Shown one piece after another: positions 29,757 through 39,829 of a DNA stretch of 64,000 bases; the stretch's first letter is position 1; every line of letters begins with the position of its first letter. This DNA is from Alphaproteobacteria bacterium. GTDB taxonomy: Bacteria; Pseudomonadota; Alphaproteobacteria; UBA6615. The DNA lies in contig OZ244931.1 of NCBI GenBank assembly GCA_965222215.1, forward strand, positions 2,426,375 through 2,490,374, written 5' to 3'. A program made the position numbers and the translations under genes. The notes below the pieces were generated by a model. The model was not told the origin of the DNA. It did no database searches and worked only from the letters and a program-made list of their open reading frames with translations.

Positions 29757-30698
29757 ATGCCACTCCACCCGCAAGCGCAGGCGGTCCTGGACCTGCTGAA
29801 CGCCGCTCCGACACCGCTGAAAGACCTGCCGCCGGCCGAAGCGCGGGCCAACTACGACCGGTTCATCGTGCCCCGCAACTTCGACCCGGTGGAGATCGGG
29901 ACCGTCGAGGACCGGATGATCGCGGGGCCCGACGGCGATGTGCGTGTGCGCATCTACACGCCGCAGACCGACCGGTCGGACCTGCCTGTCTTCCTGTTCA
30001 TCCATGGCGGCGGCTTCGTGATCGGCAGCATCGAGAGCCGCGATCCGCAATGCCGGATCATCTGCCGGGATGTCGGCTGCATCGTCGTGTCGGTCGACTA
30101 CCGGCTGGCGCCGGAACACCCCTACCCCGCCGCTCCCGACGATTGCTGGGCTGCGCTGCAGTGGACTGTCGACAACGTGGTGGCACTCGGGGGCGACGTG
30201 AGCCGCGTCGCCGTCGGCGGCGAAAGCGCGGGCGGCAATCTCGCCGCCGGGCTCGCGTTGCGGGCGCGCGACAACGGCGGGCCGGCGCTGGCCGGACAGG
30301 TCCTTGTCTATCCGCTCACCGACATGTTTTTCGAACAGGACCTACCCTCGTTCGCACTGGCCGACGAGGACTATTTCCTGACGCGTGAGCAGATGCGCTG
30401 GTACCGGGACTGCTATGCGCCCGGGATCGACAGCACGACGGATCCGATGTTGTCGCCCTGCATGGCGCAGGACCTGTCGGGATTGCCCCCGGCGCAGATC
30501 GTGACGGCCGAGTTCGACCCGCTGCGCGACGACGGCAAGCACTATGGCGAGCGGCTTGCCGCCGCGGGCGTGGCGGTCGAATATACGTGCATGCCCGGCA
30601 TGATCCACGGCTACTGGCACTACGGGAAGATGATCGACGCCTCGGGCGAGGCGCTCGGTCTTTCCGTCGATTACCTGAAACGCATTTTCGCCGAATAA
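29757..30698 (+). CDS. alpha/beta-hydrolase fold-3 esterase/lipase (HSL-like)
   Basis: 'HGGGFVIGS' oxyanion motif, nucleophile 'GESAGGNLA'. Confidence 0.8.
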   Translation: MPLHPQAQAVLDLLNAAPTPLKDLPPAEARANYDRFIVPRNFDPVEIGTVEDRMIAGPDGDVRVRIYTPQTDRSDLPVFLFIHGGGFVIGSIESRDPQCRIICRDVGCIVVSVDYRLAPEHPYPAAPDDCWAALQWTVDNVVALGGDVSRVAVGGESAGGNLAAGLALRARDNGGPALAGQVLVYPLTDMFFEQDLPSFALADEDYFLTREQMRWYRDCYAPGIDSTTDPMLSPCMAQDLSGLPPAQIVTAEFDPLRDDGKHYGERLAAAGVAVEYTCMPGMIHGYWHYGKMIDASGEALGLSVDYLKRIFAE

Positions 30699-30711
30699 CC
30701 GCGAGCTTCCC

Positions 30712-31506
30712 ATGACACCCGACGCCATCGACAGCGCCGCCACCATCATCGCGGATAACCGGATCAACCGGACCCGCCTGGATACTCTCGACACCGGCAT
30801 CCGGCCCGGCGACCTGCACGATGCCTATGCCGTGCAGGAGCGCTACAACGAGATACTCTCCGGCCAAGGCCTGGGCGCGCGCGCCGGGTACAAGATCGGC
30901 TGCACCACACCCGTGATGCAGGAATACATGAACATCCACGAGCCGGCGTTCGGCGAAGTGTTCGCATCCACGGTGCACCGGAACCACGCCGAGCTCGCGT
31001 TCGCGGACTATGTGGAACCCGGCGTCGAGGCCGAGATCGCGGTCACGCTGGCCGGGGACCTGCCGGCAGGCGGCGTGCCCTATGACCGCGACAGCGTGCG
31101 CGACGCCATCGGTGCGGCAATGATCTCCATCGAGCTGGTGGATGCGCGCTACCGCGACTACCGCGACCTCGACACGCCGACCATGGCCGCCGACAACTTC
31201 TTCAACGCCGCCGTGGTGCTGGGCGATCCCGTCACGGACTGGCAGGGGCTCGACCTCGCCGGCGCCGAGGCGACTGTCCGCCTGAACGGCACGGAACTCG
31301 GCAAGGGCCACGGCTCGCTCATCATGGGACACCCGCTGGAAGCGCTCGCCTGGCTCGCCAACCGGCTCGCCGAACGCAGCCGTCACCTGATGGCAGGCGA
31401 ATTCGTGACGCTCGGTTCCGTCATTGCGACCCACTGGGTCTCACAGGGTGACCGTATCGACCACGAAATTCCGGGCCTCGGCGCGGTCTCGATTACACTG
31501 GCCTGA
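30712..31506 (+). CDS. 2-keto-4-pentenoate hydratase / 2-oxohepta-3-ene-1,7-dioate hydratase family (MhpD/HpaH-like) protein
   Basis: 264 aa; family pattern 'LHDAYAVQERY...AGYKIGCT'. Confidence 0.65.
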   Translation: MTPDAIDSAATIIADNRINRTRLDTLDTGIRPGDLHDAYAVQERYNEILSGQGLGARAGYKIGCTTPVMQEYMNIHEPAFGEVFASTVHRNHAELAFADYVEPGVEAEIAVTLAGDLPAGGVPYDRDSVRDAIGAAMISIELVDARYRDYRDLDTPTMAADNFFNAAVVLGDPVTDWQGLDLAGAEATVRLNGTELGKGHGSLIMGHPLEALAWLANRLAERSRHLMAGEFVTLGSVIATHWVSQGDRIDHEIPGLGAVSITLA

Positions 31507-31539
31507 CACCGGAAAAGAAAGAACAGGGAAACCCGGAAC

Positions 31540-32598
31540 ATGAAAAGCTATCAGCTCGTCGCCCCGAACGAACCGCTGGAACTGGTTGAGACCGAGACGC
31601 CCGAACCGCAGGGCACCGAGGTCCTGGTCAGAATCACCGCGTGCGGCGTGTGCCACTCGGACCTGCACTTCTGGCACGGCTTCTACGATCTCGGCGACGG
31701 GACCAAGATGACGCTGGAAGACCGGAACATCGCCCTGCCCTTCACCATGGGGCACGAGCCCGTGGGCGAAGTCGTGGCGTTCGGCCCTGACGCCAAGTCC
31801 GACGCCAAGGTCGGCGAGACCTACATGGTGTTCCCCTGGACCGGCTGCGGCGAGTGCCCGCGCTGCGTCGAGGGCGCGGAACAGGACTGCCCGGACGTCG
31901 CCCCGCTCGGCGTGCGGCGGCCCGGCGGCTACGCGGACCACATCATCGTGCCGCACCCGCGCTACCTGGTCGACATCACTGGCGTCGACCCGCACTACGC
32001 CTGCACCCTGGCCTGCGCGGGGATCACCTCCTACAGCGCGATCCGCAAGGCGAAGTCGATCTCGCCCGACGACAAGCTGGTCATCATCGGTGCGGGCGGT
32101 GTCGGCCTGACCGGGGTCAGCATCGCACGCGAATACATCGCCAACGAGAAGATCGTGGTCGATGTCGACGAGGAGAAACTCGCCGCGGCGCGCGAGGCCG
32201 GCGCGGACCACACAATCAACCCCAGGCGCGAGGACGCCCGCGCGGAGATTGCGAGGTTAACCGGCACCGGCGCGGGCGCCGTGGTCGATTTCGTGGCCTC
32301 CACGGAAACCGCCAGTCTCGGCATTGATGTGTTACGCCGCGGCGGCAGCTACATCGCCGTGGGCCTGTATGGCGGGCGGATTGACATCCCCTCGCTGGCC
32401 CTGCCGACCCGGGACATCGCGCTGCGCGGTTCCTACGTGGGCAATCTCGGCGAGATGCATGAGCTGATGGAGCTGGTGAAGGCCGGCAAGGTCGAACCCA
32501 TCCCGGTCGCATCACGCCCCATGTCGGAAGTGACCAACACCCTTCAGGACCTCGACGACGGCAAGATCGTCGGTCGGGTCGTGGTGGTGCCGGAGTAA
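31540..32598 (+). CDS. zinc-dependent alcohol dehydrogenase (MDR family)
   Basis: 'GVCHSDLH' catalytic Zn site, structural Zn Cys cluster (CGECPRC), 'GAGGVG' NAD motif. Confidence 0.85.
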   Translation: MKSYQLVAPNEPLELVETETPEPQGTEVLVRITACGVCHSDLHFWHGFYDLGDGTKMTLEDRNIALPFTMGHEPVGEVVAFGPDAKSDAKVGETYMVFPWTGCGECPRCVEGAEQDCPDVAPLGVRRPGGYADHIIVPHPRYLVDITGVDPHYACTLACAGITSYSAIRKAKSISPDDKLVIIGAGGVGLTGVSIAREYIANEKIVVDVDEEKLAAAREAGADHTINPRREDARAEIARLTGTGAGAVVDFVASTETASLGIDVLRRGGSYIAVGLYGGRIDIPSLALPTRDIALRGSYVGNLGEMHELMELVKAGKVEPIPVASRPMSEVTNTLQDLDDGKIVGRVVVVPE

Positions 32599-32604
32599 CG
32601 CGGC

Positions 32605-33594
32605 CTAGGCCAGCATCGACGCAATATCGGCAGCCAGACCCGGTACCCGCGCCTCGGCCTCTTCAAGCTCGTGGCGCGGCCATTCGCCGGCGCGGGCGCG
32701 GACTCCCTGCTCCATCGCGATGAGCCCCCAGCGGACGTGGGCGAAGACTTCCCAAAAGAACACGCGCCCGGGATCGGGGACGGCTCCGCCGGCCTCGGCA
32801 TAGGCCGACAGGAATATCTCACGTGGGCCGAGCCCACCCGCTTCGAGTTCGGTATTGGGGCCGCGCCAGCAGCGCGCCAGGAACCAGCCGATATCCTCCA
32901 CCGGGTCGCCGACACCTGCGAATTCCCAGTCGAGCACGGCTTCCAGGCGGCCACGATCGATCAGGAAATTCCCGGTCCGAAAATCACGGTGCACCATGGT
33001 TGCGCGGCCCGGGGCGGGTGTCCGGTTGCGCAGCCATTCGAGGCCGTGCCGGAGGCCTTCGGGAACTTCGGCCCGGGCCCAGCTTTCCAGCACGGCAACC
33101 CGCTCCGCCGGAGTCTCGCGTGCAACGTCGGCTGGCAGCGGCATCGTATGAATTTCCGCAAGCGCTGCGCCCAGATCCGCGACGAGCCCCTCGGAAGGTG
33201 CTGCCGCGAACAGAGCAGCCCGGTCGGCGATCCCCTGCTGCCATGCGGATACCAGGAACGGCTGCCCGATGACCTCGCGGCTTTCCTCCAGCCAGAGCGG
33301 CGCGCACACCGACACGCCATGGGCTTCGGCATGGCGTAGGAGCGCAAACTCATAGGACTTGGAGCGGCTTTCGGCGAGCGGCAGGTCGGGCCCAACCCGC
33401 AGGACGACATCCCCGAGGCTGCGCTTCGTTTCGAGTCGTAGCCGCCAGTTCCGCTGGATCGCGCCGCCCGGGAGCAAGGTGGTCGACAACAGGTTCAGCT
33501 TCGGGTCACCCGTGCGGTCCCGCAGCCAGTTTTCGAGCGCCTCGCGTCGGGGTGCAAGGCTTGGCCTTATGTCTACCGACAGGTCGTCGGGCAC
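32605..33594 (-). CDS. phosphotransferase-family (APH-like) kinase; GTG start 5 nt after the acyl-CoA dehydrogenase stop (alternative in-frame start further upstream would overlap the acyl-CoA dehydrogenase gene)
   Basis: APH catalytic region 'VHRDFRTGNFLI...DWEF'; positioned directly downstream of an acyl-CoA dehydrogenase gene. Confidence 0.65.
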   Translation of the reverse strand: MPDDLSVDIRPSLAPRREALENWLRDRTGDPKLNLLSTTLLPGGAIQRNWRLRLETKRSLGDVVLRVGPDLPLAESRSKSYEFALLRHAEAHGVSVCAPLWLEESREVIGQPFLVSAWQQGIADRAALFAAAPSEGLVADLGAALAEIHTMPLPADVARETPAERVAVLESWARAEVPEGLRHGLEWLRNRTPAPGRATMVHRDFRTGNFLIDRGRLEAVLDWEFAGVGDPVEDIGWFLARCWRGPNTELEAGGLGPREIFLSAYAEAGGAVPDPGRVFFWEVFAHVRWGLIAMEQGVRARAGEWPRHELEEAEARVPGLAADIASMLA

Positions 33595-33599
33595 GGCGT

Positions 33600-34853
33600 C
33601 TACCCCCAGCGCCAGAAGTCCATGCCGTCGGACAGCAGGTTCCGGGCGACGACCATCTTGTGCACTTCCGACGCCCCGTCGACCAGCTTGGCCTGTGGCG
33701 CGTAGCGGTAAAGCCATTCCAGCGGCAGATCCTTGGAATAGCCGCGCGCGCCGTTGAGCTGGATCGCCGTGGCGATGCACTTGTGCAGGATCTCCGATAC
33801 CCAGATCTTCGCCATGGAGACTTCCTTTTGGGCGAAGTCGCCGGTATCGAGCTTGGCGGCGGCTTTCATCGTCAGCAGCCGGCCGATCTCGATGTCCATG
33901 GCGGCGTCGGCGAGCATCCACTGCACGCCTTCATGCTCGGCCAGCGTGGACCCAAAATTCTCCCGGGTCTTCACATAGTCGAGGCATTCCTCCATCGCCC
34001 GCTTGGAATTGCCGAGCCAGCGCATGCAGTGGGTCAGGCGCGCCGTGCCGAGACGGATCTGGACAGCCTTCATGCCCTCCCCGACTTCCATCAGCCGGTC
34101 GCTGTCGTCGATCTCCATCCCGTCGAATTCGATCTCGCAGTGGCCGCCATGCTCCTCCGGCCCCATGATCGGAATCCGCCGGATGATCCGCCAGCCCGGC
34201 TGGTCCTTGTGGAACAGGAAGGTTGTCAGGCTGCGGCGCTTCTCGTCGGATGTGCGGGCCAGCAGGATGAAGTGCTCGGCGCCCTCCGCGCCCGTGATGA
34301 ACCACTTGCGCCCGTTCACGACCCACTTGTCGTTGCCCTGGGGTTCGGCGCGGGTCAGCATCATCGTCGGGTCCGAACCCGATCCGGGCGCCGGCTCGGT
34401 CATCACGATCGACGAGCGCATCTTTCCGTCGATCACCGGCTGCAGCCACTTGTCCTTCTGGTCCTCCCGCGCGACCCTGTCGAGAAGGATCATGTTGCCA
34501 TCGTCCGGCGCGGAACAGTTGAAGGTCAGCGGCCCGAAACGGGATCGCGCGGCCTCCTCGTAGAACACCGCCATGCCGACGGTGTTGAGGCCCAGGCCGC
34601 CCCGGTCCACCGGCATCTGCGGGGCCCAGAGGCCCGCCGACCTGGCCTTCCCGCGCACCGTGGCGAGCACGGCCTCATCGATCATCTCGTGTTCGTCGAA
34701 ATTGGCCGGATCGGCCTCCAGCGGCATCACCTCGTCATAGACGAATCTGGCGACGCGCTGGCGAAGGTCTTCGAGTTCAGGCGAAAGGGTCAGGTCCACG
34801 GGACTGCCTCCGTGCGGTTCGGGTCTAAAGAGTCGTGAGGGTGAGGCCGCCAT
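33600..34853 (-). CDS. acyl-CoA dehydrogenase
   Basis: 417 aa; FAD/acyl-CoA dehydrogenase segments (MTEPAPGSGSD, catalytic region near C-terminus); start may be slightly downstream of 34853. Confidence 0.85.
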   Translation of the reverse strand: MAASPSRLFRPEPHGGSPVDLTLSPELEDLRQRVARFVYDEVMPLEADPANFDEHEMIDEAVLATVRGKARSAGLWAPQMPVDRGGLGLNTVGMAVFYEEAARSRFGPLTFNCSAPDDGNMILLDRVAREDQKDKWLQPVIDGKMRSSIVMTEPAPGSGSDPTMMLTRAEPQGNDKWVVNGRKWFITGAEGAEHFILLARTSDEKRRSLTTFLFHKDQPGWRIIRRIPIMGPEEHGGHCEIEFDGMEIDDSDRLMEVGEGMKAVQIRLGTARLTHCMRWLGNSKRAMEECLDYVKTRENFGSTLAEHEGVQWMLADAAMDIEIGRLLTMKAAAKLDTGDFAQKEVSMAKIWVSEILHKCIATAIQLNGARGYSKDLPLEWLYRYAPQAKLVDGASEVHKMVVARNLLSDGMDFWRWG

Positions 34854-35595
34854 CGACGGCGATCACGGCACCCGTGATGTAGGCCCCGGCCGGCCCGGCC
34901 AGCAGCAGGAGCGCGCCATCGAGGTCCGACGGATCGCCGAAGCGGCCGACCGCCGTGCGTTTCTGGATGCGCTCGCCGGCCGAACTTTCGAGGAAGTCCT
35001 TGTTCAATTCGGTCTTGATGTAGCCGGGGCCGATGGCGTTGACGAGAATACCGTCGCGCCCGAGTTCAAGCGCCAGCGTCTCGGTGAAACTCACAAGACC
35101 GGCCTTGGAGACCGCGTAGGACTGCACCCGCTTGGCCGTTGTGCGCCAACCGAGGACCGACGCGATATTGATGATCCGTCCGCCCTCACCGTGCGCCACC
35201 ATCTGCCCGCCGACAGCGCGCGCCATCAGCCACGCGCCCTTGAGATTGGTGTCGAGCACCCGGTCCCACTCGGCCTCTTCCATGTCCAGGGTCAGGTCCT
35301 TCGGCGGGACGCCGGCATTGTTCACCAGGATCGAGATCGGCCCGAGTTCCTCTTCGGCGATCGTGACCGCGCGCGCGATGGAGTCCGTGTCGGTCACATC
35401 GAGCTCGACCGGCAGCGCGCGGCCGTCGGTGTCGGCGATTTCCGCCGCGAGTTCCGACAGCCGGTCCGCCCGGCGCGCCCCGATGGCGACCTTTGCCCCT
35501 GCCCCGGCCAGGGTTTTCGCGAAATGCGCGCCGAGACCGCTGGAAGCCCCGGTGACAAAGGCCACCTGGCCGGTGAGATCGAAAGACGTGGTCAT
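34825..35595 (-). CDS. SDR-family oxidoreductase
   Basis: 'VTGASSGLG', 'NNAG', 'YAVSKAG' motifs; ORF-track N-terminal extension trimmed to 'MTTSFDL'. Confidence 0.8.
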   Translation of the reverse strand: MTTSFDLTGQVAFVTGASSGLGAHFAKTLAGAGAKVAIGARRADRLSELAAEIADTDGRALPVELDVTDTDSIARAVTIAEEELGPISILVNNAGVPPKDLTLDMEEAEWDRVLDTNLKGAWLMARAVGGQMVAHGEGGRIINIASVLGWRTTAKRVQSYAVSKAGLVSFTETLALELGRDGILVNAIGPGYIKTELNKDFLESSAGERIQKRTAVGRFGDPSDLDGALLLLAGPAGAYITGAVIAVDGGLTLTTL

Positions 35596-35686
35596 GCTTA
35601 CCCAAAACCTTTCTCGGCTGGATTGCGGCTCCACCGGGCCATCACTAATGTTGCCGGCAACCGGTAAACACGGGGAGCCGAAGCCG

Positions 35687-36472
35687 ATGGACACCATTCT
35701 ACTGGACAAGCAGGGCGCCGTCGCCACCCTGACCCTCAATCGCCCGGATGTTCTGAACGCGCTCGATCGGCAGATGGCGCTCGACCTGATCGAGGCCGTG
35801 AACGAACTGCGCGACGACGATGCCATCCGCAGCGTGGTGATGCGCGGTGCCGGACGCGGGTTCATGGCGGGCGGCGATGTCGCGACGTTCCACGAAAACC
35901 TCGACAACATCGAGTCCACCATCGACGACCTGATCGGCATCTACCACCAGGGCGTCCTCGGCCTGTCGCAGTTGCCGAAGCCGGTGATCGCGGCGATCCA
36001 CGGCCCGGTTGCGGGAGCAGGTATCGGCATGGCCCTGAACGCCGACTACGGCCTCGCCGCCGACGATGCGAAATTCACCCTCGCCTACATCATGCTCGGC
36101 ACCAACCCGGACGGCGGCTCGACATACCTGCTCACCCGGCTGGTGGGCCGCCGAAAGGCGCTCGAGCTCGCGATGCTCAGCGAGCCGGTCGATGCCGCGA
36201 AGGCGCTCGACCTGGGCCTGGTGAACCGCGTCGTTCCGGCCAACGAGTTGGAGGCCGAGGCCATGAAGCTCGCCGAGCGCTTCGCCAAGGGCCCGACCAA
36301 GGCCTTCGGGGAGACCAAGGCGCTGATCAACCGATCCTACGAGGCGACCGATATGGCTGACCAGCTGTCGGCCGAACACGCCGCCTTCCTGCGCTGCGCC
36401 TCGACGGACGATTTCGCGGAAGGCGTCACGGCCTTCGTCGAGAAGCGGAAGCCCGAATTCAAGGGCTCCTAG
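35687..36472 (+). CDS. enoyl-CoA hydratase/isomerase (crotonase family)
   Basis: 261 aa; 'RAFMAGGDV' and 'IAAIHGPVAGAGIGMAL' crotonase signatures. Confidence 0.85.
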   Translation: MDTILLDKQGAVATLTLNRPDVLNALDRQMALDLIEAVNELRDDDAIRSVVMRGAGRGFMAGGDVATFHENLDNIESTIDDLIGIYHQGVLGLSQLPKPVIAAIHGPVAGAGIGMALNADYGLAADDAKFTLAYIMLGTNPDGGSTYLLTRLVGRRKALELAMLSEPVDAAKALDLGLVNRVVPANELEAEAMKLAERFAKGPTKAFGETKALINRSYEATDMADQLSAEHAAFLRCASTDDFAEGVTAFVEKRKPEFKGS

Positions 36473-36502
36473 CGGCCGGGCAGCGCGAGAAGCAGGTTTT
36501 CC

Positions 36503-36919
36503 ATGGACGATTTCACGCGCGACGACGCGCAACAGGTGATCGATACCGTCATGACGCCGTGGCTCGACGAGTTGCACATGCGCGTCGAGGAACTGACGGA
36601 GAACGGCGCGGTGGTCCGCCTGCCGTGGGACGCGCGGATTGCGCGCGACGGCGGGCTGATTACCGGGCAAGCGCTGATGTCCTTCGCGGACGCGGCGATG
36701 GTGGTGGTGATCTCGTCGGCCATCGGCGGGTTCCGGCGAATGGCGACCATCGACATGACCACGTCGTTCCTCGCGCCCGCGTTCAACACCGACGTCATCG
36801 CGCGCGGCGAGGTGCTGCGCCGTGGCAAACGCATGATCTACGGCCGGATCGACCTGGAAACCGCCGACAGCAGCGAACAGGTCGCGTTGATCCAGACGAC
36901 CTGGACCTTGCTGGAATAG
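36503..36919 (+). CDS. PaaI/hotdog-fold acyl-CoA thioesterase
   Basis: 138 aa hotdog-domain pattern. Confidence 0.7.
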   Translation: MDDFTRDDAQQVIDTVMTPWLDELHMRVEELTENGAVVRLPWDARIARDGGLITGQALMSFADAAMVVVISSAIGGFRRMATIDMTTSFLAPAFNTDVIARGEVLRRGKRMIYGRIDLETADSSEQVALIQTTWTLLE

Positions 36920-36922
36920 CGC

Positions 36923-37303
36923 CTACTCGGTCGGGCCGTTCGCCTCTGCCCAGGCGGCCATGCCGCCGGCGATATGGCACACATCCTCGAACCCCATATC
37001 CACAAGCGTCTTGGCTGCGAGCGCCGAACGCCCGCCCGACGCGCAGAACAGGACCAGCCGGTCGCCCGACGAGAACACCGCGTCGTGCATGGGGCTGTCG
37101 GGGTCGGCCCGGAACTCAAGAAACCCGCGCGGCACATGGACCGAGCCGGCAATCGTGCCCTGGGCCCTTTCCTCGCCTTCGCGGATATCGATGAACGCGT
37201 AGCCGGATTCACCGTGTGCGGATATCGCATCCTGCACGGAGACCGTCTCGATCGCCGCGTTCGCCTCGGTGAGCATCTGCTTGAAGCCGTGTTTCAGTGC
37301 CAT
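36923..37303 (-). CDS. single-domain rhodanese-like protein
   Basis: active-site loop 'FCASGGRS'; ~127 aa. Confidence 0.7.
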   Translation of the reverse strand: MALKHGFKQMLTEANAAIETVSVQDAISAHGESGYAFIDIREGEERAQGTIAGSVHVPRGFLEFRADPDSPMHDAVFSSGDRLVLFCASGGRSALAAKTLVDMGFEDVCHIAGGMAAWAEANGPTE

Positions 37304-37328
37304 CGGATGTTTCCTGTCTCCGGGGTGT

Positions 37329-38354
37329 TCAGCCGATCCGCATGAGGTCCGCGGCGGTTGCGCCGAGGATCTTCTTGCGTTCGCCATCGCTGAGCTTGGT
37401 GGCGCTTTCGACGAAGGACACCGGCTCGAACTCCTGCATGTCGAACGGATAGTCCGTGCCCATCATCACCCGGTCGACCCCCACCATGTCGATCAGATAT
37501 TCGAGTTGGTCGGGCCGGAAGACGACCGTGTCGTAGTAAAGCTCGCGCAGGTACTCACTCGGCGGCCGTTCGATGGTCTTCCGCAGCTCGGGGCGGTATT
37601 CCCAGCTGTGATCCATGCGCCCGGCGTAGTACGGGAAATACCCGCCGCCGTGGGCGATGCAGATCTTGATGCCCTTGTGGCGGTCCAGCACGCCGCCAAA
37701 GATCAGATGGCTGATCGCGATCTGCTCCTCCAGCGGCTGACCGACGCAGTTGTGCATGAAAAACGGGCGCAGGCGCGCGCCGTCCGTGAACCCGAACGGG
37801 TGAAGGAACAGCGGCACGTCCAGCGCCACGGCTTCAGCGTAGATCGGATCGAACCGCCGGTCGGAAAGCTCCACCCCGTCGACATTGGACGAGATAATGA
37901 AGGCGCGGATGTCGAGCTCCTTCACCGCGCGGCGCATCTCCGTCACCGAAGCCGCCGCGTCCTGCATCGGCAGCGTCCCCATGGCGACGAACCGGTCCGG
38001 ATCGCCCGCCACGAGCTTCGAGACATCGTCGTTCTGCACCCGCGCCAGCTCGTTCCCCAGTTCGGGGTCGGTCCAGTAGAAGAACTGGATCGGCACGGGG
38101 CTGACCACCTGGATATCGACCCGGGTCTTGTCCATGTCTTCGGCGCGCGGCTTGAGATCGATCATTTTCGGCACGACCGCCGGAATCTGCTCGTTGTCGA
38201 CGGCGATGGACGAGGGATGCGCAAAAAACATGTACGGATCGCGGTCCGGCGTGAGGATTTCCTCGGCCGAATAATGCTCGTCCATCAGCGCCTTCGCCGA
38301 CGGCGAAAAGACATGCGCGTGCATGTCGATGGCGACGGTTCCGTTCGAAGCCAT
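37329..38354 (-). CDS. amidohydrolase-2 (ACMSD/LigW-like metal-dependent hydrolase/decarboxylase) family protein
   Basis: 'IDMHAHVF' metal-binding N-terminus, TIM-barrel family-length; SD 'ggagggggga' before chosen ATG; the 464-aa ORF-track extension was rejected. Confidence 0.75.
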   Translation of the reverse strand: MASNGTVAIDMHAHVFSPSAKALMDEHYSAEEILTPDRDPYMFFAHPSSIAVDNEQIPAVVPKMIDLKPRAEDMDKTRVDIQVVSPVPIQFFYWTDPELGNELARVQNDDVSKLVAGDPDRFVAMGTLPMQDAAASVTEMRRAVKELDIRAFIISSNVDGVELSDRRFDPIYAEAVALDVPLFLHPFGFTDGARLRPFFMHNCVGQPLEEQIAISHLIFGGVLDRHKGIKICIAHGGGYFPYYAGRMDHSWEYRPELRKTIERPPSEYLRELYYDTVVFRPDQLEYLIDMVGVDRVMMGTDYPFDMQEFEPVSFVESATKLSDGERKKILGATAADLMRIG

Positions 38355-38491
38355 GTTTCCCCCCTCCACTTGCATTGTTTCCGCCGCTTCGGGCGGCCGG
38401 TTGTGGAAAAAGCATAGCACCGCCCGGCAGATACGAAAAAGGGCGGTGCCCGAAGCCACCGCCCTCTCAGAGTTTCGTATTCGGTCCGGCG

Positions 38492-39829
38492 CTAACTCCA
38501 GGCGCGCTTCAGGTCGACCAGGTACAGGGCGATGTCCGGGAAGATCATCACGAGGATCAGCACGAACAGCATAATCAGCGCGAACGGCGCCGCGCCGATG
38601 AAGATATCCGCGAGCGAAATATCCTTCTGCACGAGTGTCGACTTGATGACGTAGACCGCCAATCCGAGCGGCGGGGTCAGCAAGCCGATCTCGACCGCGA
38701 TCACCGTCACCACGCCGAACCACACCAGGTTGACGTCAAACGGCGCGAGCACGACCAGGAACAGCGGCACGGCGATCAGCATGATCGATACCGAGTCGAT
38801 GATGGTGCCCAGAATGATCAGGATGACCACGTAAATGATCAGCAGCTCGACGAGGCCGAGTTCCATACTGCCGATCACCCTTCCGAGCTCGGTCGGCAGA
38901 CCGGAGATGCCGAGCATACGGCTGTACATGCTGGCCGCGATGATCAGGAACAGCAGGGTCGCGGTGATATGCCCCGTCTCGACGAGGATATTCCACATCT
39001 TCCGGAATGTGAGCTGCCTGCGCATGATCGCGAACAGGAACGCCACGAACGCGCCCGCAGCACCCGCTTCCGTCGGTGTGTAGAGGCCGGCGTAGATGCC
39101 GCCGAGCACAACCAGAATCAGGATGGAGATCGGGATCATCTTCGCGATGAATTGCCCGAACGGCAGGCCTTCCTGGTCCCTGTGAGCGTCGAGCGCACCG
39201 GGCTCGGCCACGAGATTGGGAAAGCCGTAGGCCATGATGGCAATGAGCAAACAGAAGCTGAACGTCAGCAAGATGCCCGGACCGACGCCGGCAATGAAGA
39301 GGTCACCGACCGATTCCTCGGCGATCAACGCAAAGACGATCAGCAGGATCGACGGCGGGATCAGCATGCCGAGCACGGACGAGCCCGCCACGGTACCGAC
39401 GGCGAACCGGCCCTTGTAGCCGTAGCGCAGCATTTCCGGCACCGAGATGCGGGTGAACACCGTCGCCGAGGCGATCGAGACACCGGTGATCGCGGCGAAG
39501 ATCATGTTCGCGATCACGGTCGCCATGCCAAGGCCGCCGCGCACCTTGCGCAACATACTGTTGGCGATGTCATAAGTATCGCGCCCCATCCCGGCCGCGC
39601 TCACCAATAGTCCCATGAGCACAAACAGCGGTATGACGCCGAACAGGAAGTCCGCGACGGTTTTGGCGGATGTCAGCCACAACAGGCTGATGGCGATCTT
39701 GACGTTGCCCTTGATGAGCCAGACGCCCACGAAGGAAATCAGCGCGAGCACCACGGGGACGTGCATGCCGATATAGATCAGCAGCAACATCGCGATGATG
39801 GAGATAATCCCGATCTCGAAACCGCTCAT
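38492..39829 (-). CDS. dctM: TRAP transporter large permease
   Basis: 445 aa, 12+ TM, DctM-family conservation. Confidence 0.9.
   Translation of the reverse strand: MSGFEIGIISIIAMLLLIYIGMHVPVVLALISFVGVWLIKGNVKIAISLLWLTSAKTVADFLFGVIPLFVLMGLLVSAAGMGRDTYDIANSMLRKVRGGLGMATVIANMIFAAITGVSIASATVFTRISVPEMLRYGYKGRFAVGTVAGSSVLGMLIPPSILLIVFALIAEESVGDLFIAGVGPGILLTFSFCLLIAIMAYGFPNLVAEPGALDAHRDQEGLPFGQFIAKMIPISILILVVLGGIYAGLYTPTEAGAAGAFVAFLFAIMRRQLTFRKMWNILVETGHITATLLFLIIAASMYSRMLGISGLPTELGRVIGSMELGLVELLIIYVVILIILGTIIDSVSIMLIAVPLFLVVLAPFDVNLVWFGVVTVIAVEIGLLTPPLGLAVYVIKSTLVQKDISLADIFIGAAPFALIMLFVLILVMIFPDIALYLVDLKRAWS

Noticed and set aside
35132-35686. 185-aa N-terminal extension of the enoyl-CoA hydratase ORF
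   Set aside because: It overlaps the oppositely oriented SDR gene with Ser/Ala/Arg-rich junk. The crotonase domain begins at 'MDTILLDKQG'.
38375-38377. Alternative start 'MQVEGGN' for the amidohydrolase-2 gene
   Set aside because: The downstream ATG at 38354 is immediately preceded by the strong SD 'ggagggggga' and gives the family-typical 'MASNGTVAIDMHAHVF' N-terminus. The upstream ATG lacks an SD.
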